DNA of 64,000 bases, from NCBI GenBank assembly GCA_950097015.1, contig CATNEN010000024.1:3968001-4032000 (forward strand), written 5' to 3'. The translations under genes were made by a program, and so were the position numbers. The DNA comes from Macrostomum hystrix (lineage: Eukaryota; Animalia; Platyhelminthes). The notes under the pieces are model-generated. The model was not told the DNA's origin, made no database searches, and saw only the letters and a program-made list of their open reading frames with translations. This document shows positions 49,621-64,000 of the stretch, piece by piece (position 1 is the stretch's first letter; each line of letters starts with the position of its first letter).

Positions 49621-50230
49621 GGTGTGCTATGATTTATGATATTTTATTTACGAAATGAAAAAAATAAATTAAAATAGTCTTCAATCACTACTGGCTGAAA
49701 ATTAGTCTAAAATGATTTGACGCAGTGCAGAATCGAACCCTAGCCTAGCCTAACCTATTCCTAGTGCCTACACATCGGCTATTCCGACTGTTGGTTAGTG
49801 GGTGCAAAAATCAGCCTTATAAAATGAATTCTCAAAGTTCTGGCTTTGTACAATGAAGTGAGAAAATAGAGTACACTCAGTCTCGCGGTTGGTTGTGTAC
49901 ATTTATTTCCAATTTGTCTCCAGAGTGCAGGCTTTAAATTCAATCAGCTAGGGGTTGTTGCGCAATTTGACGATGCAATTCCAATTCAGTGGCAGTCAGT
50001 GAATGAAATTCTCAATAGGCCAAGATAGTTTGACCTTTGAAATGGTCAAAAAACATGTTTTTCGAATATTTAATCCCCTTGGCAATGGAATTAAGCTTAA
50101 TAAAAATACGTGTAAAATTGTCCCCATATTTAGCATCTTTTGGTGAAGAAATGGTGAAAATCGGTTGAGCCGTTCGGGAGAAAATCAATTACAAGCAACC
50201 AACCAAGCATTTCATTTTTAGTATATTAGA

Positions 50231-52783
50231 CTAGCAAGTTTTGCCCCCCTTCGGGGAGCAGAAATATTTTTAATTCGTCCAGTATACACTTTTTAGCAGC
50301 TGTATTTTTAGCCTTTTTTACGCTACAATGATCAGTTGACAATGATCCCCCAGTTGATAATGATCCCCCGGTTGACAATGGTCCCTCAGTCGACAATGAT
50401 TCCCAGTTGATGATGATCCCCCAGTTGACAATGATCCCCCAGTTGACAATGATCCCCCAGTTGACAATGATCTGGGACAATGATCCCCCAGTTGACAATG
50501 GTCCCCCAGTCGACAATGATTCCCCAGTTGACAATGATCCCCCAGTTGATGATGATCCCCCAGTTGACAATGTTCCCCAAGTTGACAATGATCCCACAGT
50601 TGACAATGATCCCCCAGTTGATAATGATCCACCAGTTGACAATGATCCCCCAGTTGACAATGATCCCACAGTTGACAATGATCCACCAGTTGAAGATAAT
50701 CACCCAGTTGACAATGATCCCCCAGTTGACATTGATCCCCCAGGTTACAATGATCCCCCAGTTGATGATGATCACCCAGTTGACAATTATCTCCCAGTTG
50801 ACTATGATCCCCCATTGATGATGATCCCCAGTTGACAATGTTACCCCAGTTGGCTATTACCCCCTAGTTGACAATGATCCCCCAGTTGATGATGATCACC
50901 CAGTTGACAATGATCTCCCAGTTGACCATGATCCCCATTTGATGTTGATTCCCCAGTTTACAATTATCCCACAGTTGACGATTATCCCCCAGTTCTGGTT
51001 TATCTTTGATTCAAACTCTGGTTTAGCCATGATATAAACTCTGGTTTAGCCATGATTCAGACGCTGGTTGGCCATGATTCAAACTCTTGTTTAGCCATTA
51101 TTCAAACTCTGGTTTTGCCATGATTCAAACGTAAATTTAGCCATGATTCAGACTCTGGTTTAGCCATGATTTAAGCTCTGGTTTAGCCATGATTCAGACT
51201 CTGGCTTAGAATGATTCAGACTCTGGTTTAACTATGATTCAAACTCTAGTTTAGCCATGATTCAAACGCTGGTTTTGCCATGAGAACTAATTTCCCCAGC
51301 AGCAGAGAACTAATTTCCCCAGCAGCAGAGAACTAATTTCCCCAGCAACAGAGAACTAATTCCCCCAGCAACAGAGAACCAATTCCCCCAGCAGCCGAGA
51401 ACTAATTCCCCCAGCAGCAGAGAACTAATGTTCTTCAAACAGAAGAGAACCTCCATAATACCAGAATGGAGGCTACTTGCAGGCTACCAAACTCGCAGCA
51501 AGAAATTTTTGCCCTTTTTCTTTGACAGGAAACCATTGCCCCCAAATAGCATAGAAACGATGTGTCCATCGTTTTACTCAGCCCAGAAGGCAACAAATAT
51601 CTCCTGTTACATCTCCTGTTACATGTGGCACGGTAGATACATTTAGAAAACTGTTAAACACATTTAGAAAATCGTTGGACACATTTAGAAAATCGTTGAG
51701 CACTTTAGAAAACGGTTTCGATCAGACTTCGTCGAATAAAGTTTTATAATTATTATTATAAAATAAGCTATTTTTTTAATCGAATAACGCTTAAAGCAAT
51801 GCTAAAAAATAGAAAAATTGGAAATAATTTACGCTCTTAGCTGCGCTCAATATTTTTTCCTTGCAGTTCTCAATTGTGATAGCGCCTGCAGCTATGCACA
51901 AAAAATATTTCCTAAGTTTTATTATCGAATAAAACTTGCTGCTTTACTCGAAAACGAATACTATTTTCTGAAAGCGAGTACAGGAATAATAAAGCTAACA
52001 AATATCTGCTTCGACAGTAGCTAACCAAAATCGCTTACTTACTTACTCGTATTTATACTCGAACCCAAAAATGCCCAAAAAATACTAATAAACAGGAACT
52101 TACGTTTTTAACTGCTGATGTTTAGAAGATTAGAAGAAAAAGAAGCAGTAACAAAACCGATGCTGAAATTCTACCTGCATTCTACAATAGCATTAAAGTA
52201 CTTTACTTCGGAGCTAGATGAAAAGAAAGCGGCACAATGATCGAAGTCGAGACAAGGTTTGACAATAGAAAGGCTGCAGTTTTATGGATAGAAAGGAGGA
52301 GGAGAGGTCTCGCTAGCATTGAGCATCATAAAAGCCCAATCATGAAATCTGCTATGTACGGTTTGCGTATTTAAATCAAATCACTCGATCAGCCAAGAGA
52401 CAAATTTATAAACGTACGTACGGGTCGAAAAGCAGTGACGCAATCCTATTCAATTGAGAGTATCGGGCCCTGTTCAGTGCTATACCAATGCACGCGCGGG
52501 CGAGAAAAAGCACCGATGCAATCTAATAAAGCTGACAGTGTCCGGCCCTATTCTAATTTAACCTTGTTTGGCCTCCTATTGAAAGCAATAGGAAAACTCG
52601 TTTTTCGAATATTTAATATTGTTAGCATTGAAGCAGACTAACGAAATTTTCAAGGTCTCATGCCAGTAAAATTTGGCATGTTTAGCAAAAAACGCGATCA
52701 AATTTGGTTGAGGCATTTAGCCTGTGTATCGAAATTCCACAGACAGACAGACAGACAGACTTTAGAGATTTAGTATAGTTGGA
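50231..52783 (-). mobile_element. Non-autonomous Helitron unit B (chimeric) with 18-bp, 23-bp and second 23-bp arrays and a (CTGT)n tract
   Basis: Same 3' hairpin + CTAG end as unit A. The 5' end is TCCAACTATACTAAA followed by (CTGT)n at ~52740-52760. Arrays at 50335-51000, 51010-51280 and 51283-51430 (GAGAACTAATTTCCCCAGCAGCA). Confidence 0.78.
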
Positions 52784-53791
52784 CTAGCTGCCTTCGCTAC
52801 CCTCTGGGTAGCCTCACTGGAGTTCTTATCAGTGCGTTATCAAAACTGGCTCCGATGCAATCATTAAAATTGGCACTGGAGCCTCACTGCGCACAAGCTG
52901 AAAACAAGAATGCATTAGAAAAGCCTATTTAAAACAGTTTTTCGAATATTTAATCCCCTTGGCAATGAAATTAAGCTTAATAAAAATACGTGTACCGATT
53001 CCGGCCCATTTGTGATCTTTTGGTGAAGGAATTGTGAAAATCGGTTGAGCCGTTCGGGAGCTAGTCGATTGCAAACATACAAGCAAGCAAGATTTTCATT
53101 TTTAGTATAATAGACTAGCTGCCTTCGCTACCCTCTGGGTAGCCTCCCTTGAGTTCTTATCAGTGCGTTATCAAAATTGGCTCTGATGCAATCATTAAAA
53201 TTGGCACTGGAGCCTCACTGCGCACAAGGTGAAAACAAGAATGCATTAGAAAAGCCTATTAAAACTGTTTTTCGAATATTTAATCCCCTTGGCAATGAAA
53301 TTAAGCTTAATAAAATTACGTGTACCGATTCCGGCCCAATTGTGATCTTTTGGCGAAGGAATTGTGAAAATCGGTTGAGCCGTTCGGGAGCTAGTCGATT
53401 GCAAACATACAAGCAAGCAAGATTTTCATTTTTAGTATATTAGACTAGCTGCCTTCGCTACCCTCTGGGTAGCCTCCCTGTGAGTTCTTATCAGTTCGTT
53501 ATCAAAACTGGCTCTGATGCAATCATTAAAATTGGCACTGGAGCCTCACTGTGCACAAGCTGAAAACAAGAATGCATTAGAAAAGCCTATTTAAAACTGT
53601 TTTTCGAATATTTAATCCCCTTGCCAATGGAATAAAGCTTAATAAAAATACGTGTACCGATTCCGGCCCATTTGTGATCTTTTGGCGAAGGAATTGCGAA
53701 AATCGGTTGAGCCGTTCGGGAGCTAGTCGATTGCAAACATACAAGCAAGCAAGCAAGCAAGCAAGATTTTCATTTTTAGTATATTAGAAGA
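52784..53791 (-). mobile_element. Three head-to-tail ~330-bp non-autonomous Helitron units (C1-C3)
   Basis: Units 52784-53114, 53115-53444, 53445-53791. Each has a 5' TC, a (TTGC)n tract, a 3' hairpin GCTACCC-AGA-GGGTAGC and CTAG. The outer junction is A|TC at 53792/53791. Confidence 0.88.
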
Positions 53792-54223
53792 TTGCGCTTA
53801 TAACATATGCCTTTTAGGATGTTCGTACCTGGTAAGAAGGCAAGATAGCCAGTTGCTGGAACCAAACTTAAAATGGTTTTTTAATTATCTAGTGTTTATT
53901 TTTTACTCGTTCTAGTTATAAGATTACAGAAGATACTGTTGGGTAGCCGCATTCGAATTTCATTCAATGTAATTATCGTGATGTTTAGTGTACCCATTAT
54001 TATCTGAGACTAAAGTGTATAAGTTTTTTTCAGATTTAAACTGTACGTATGTTGCGTTTTATATCTTAAAATTATCGTGAAATGTTATTTTAAACAGCGA
54101 ATTTGTTAAAGTTATTGCTCATTAACTTTTTCCCCAAATTCATATATTTAACGTGCCAAGGAATCAAATGAAGTGCGCATATTGCATCTAAAATCACTAG
54201 CACACTGTTTATAAAACTGCATT

Positions 54224-62758
<8,535 letters not shown>

Positions 62759-62759
62759 T

Positions 62760-63100
62760 AACTCACTAGCACCCAACCTCGCTCCTTGCTTACACTTATT
62801 CACTAGCTATCAACTCACTCCTCGCTCTAGACTGCCTAGCAAGCCCCACCTCACTCCTCGCTGTACACTTGCTAGCAAGCTCCACCTCACTCCTCGCTGT
62901 ACACTTCCTAGCAAGCCCCACCTCACTCCTCGCTGTACACTTGCTAGCAAGCTCCACCTCACTCCTCGCTGTACACTTCCTAGCAAGCCCCACCTCACTC
63001 CTCGCTGTACACTGCCTAGCAAGCCCCACCTGACTTCTCGCTGTACACTTCCTAGCAAGCCCCGCCTCACTCCTCGCTGTACACTACCTAGCAAGCCCCC
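62760..63100 (+). repeat. 36-bp minisatellite (CTAGCAAGCCCCACCTCACTCCTCGCTGTACACTTC)n in MK2 intron 3
   Basis: About 9 units, direct reading. Confidence 0.95.
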
Positions 63101-63929
63101 TAAACTAATGTGCAGTCTCTGACCTCCGCTGTTAGTAATTGTTATTAGTAGCTGTTAGAAGAGAATAGTTAGTATTACAAAAAAGTGAATCGGTTTCAGT
63201 TTTTTTCCAAAGCGCTAATGGCTGATCGATCATACTCCATGGGTAGGTTGGGTGTATCGCATAGGGCGCAAACACGGGTATTTCGTAGCACACCAGAAGA
63301 AGCGCTGGTGATGAGGGTTTGTAAAGGAAATATTTTTCCGTGGGAATTCGGGGGATGTTGAAACTCAGAGAGAGGTAAGGCAAAGGCTGATGGTCCACGC
63401 TGGCTAGAAAGGCACAAATATCTACGCACACTACATACACACACACGGTGAAATACGGGAGTTACCAGGCACAGTTAATCCCCTCTGCCCTCAATAGTAA
63501 AACTTGTATAAGTATAACCAAACCAAATCGTCTGTAACAGAACTTGAATGATTTATGAGCGGCGCTTAGCTCTCTGTACATGTTTTTGCCCACCAAACCA
63601 TCGCAATACAAGGAGCGAAGAGGAAACTGCCTTGCAATATCGATGCAACACTATCACAGAGAACACCTTCTTTTCTCCGGAATTAGGTTGCATGCCCAAA
63701 TTAAGCAGCAGTCAAGGTGGCGCGTGGGTGAAGATCTGCCTGGTCTGTGAAGGGTTTTAAATATAAGCTGCTGTCTATATATGACTGCCTAGCCTACCTG
63801 TAGCCGGTGTTATAACTTAAATAGATCATAGCCTTCCAAGCATGGCAGGCATGATTTGTTAGAATTTAAAATAGTCCAGCTTTATAGTGTATCCGTAAGT
63901 GCCAGGATTTGGGTACGTGTGGTGTTCCA

Positions 63930-63972
63930 CTTCCCAGTCCATGGACTGGACAGCTGTACATCGGGCCCAAAT
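63930..63972 (+). mobile_element. SINE family 1 3' fragment
   Basis: CCCAGTCCATGGACTGGACAGCTGTACATCGGGCCCAA matches 60957-61045. Confidence 0.6.
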
Positions 63973-64000
63973 GCGTTACATGTCGGAGCAATGAATAAAT

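Larger units (their letters stand above)
46895..50230 (-). mobile_element. Non-autonomous Helitron unit A (3.3 kb) with internal 18-bp and 23-bp satellites
   Basis: On the minus strand it starts TCTAATATACTAAAAATG and ends with a GC hairpin (GCTCCCCGAAGGGGGGC), 8 nt, then CTAG|T. These are canonical Helitron termini. Confidence 0.85.

Noticed and set aside
46957-50838. Many VDNDPP / LTMIPQ / WGIIVN ORFs resembling adhesin or mucin repeats
   Set aside because: 18-bp satellite within non-autonomous Helitrons, open in most frames, with frequent frameshifts.

Overview
Eukaryotic, intron-rich animal DNA: GC-rich exons with poly-Ala/Gly/Gln tracts inside AT-rich introns packed with minisatellites. 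The style suggests a flatworm such as Macrostomum, but that is inference only. Eight protein-coding genes were rebuilt by hand with phase-consistent GT-AG junctions: an SLC9B/NHA Na+/H+ antiporter (+), a ZNF106-like ZnF + WD40 gene (-, 3 exons joining two apparently separate ORFs), two tandem CNBP-like CCHC-knuckle/RGG genes (+), a GT32 DXD glycosyltransferase (-), NF-YA (+), an SLC44/CTL choline transporter-like gene (-, 11 exons) and the 5' part of MAPKAPK2 (+). One further unassigned ORF lies at 8993-9379. Roughly 19 kb (about 30%) is tandem repeat, and most long ORFs in the supplied track are artefacts of these arrays. Mobile elements include a ~6.9-kb head-to-tail concatemer of five non-autonomous Helitrons, hAT MITEs (one with a perfect 8-bp TSD), a foldback-like TIR element and two tRNA-derived SINE families. 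The most notable observation is that the intron splitting the NF-YA CCAAT-binding domain is filled by ~21 copies of a 38-bp unit, most carrying two CCAAT boxes, one of them matching the NF-Y consensus. This is a candidate repeat-encoded autoregulatory array.
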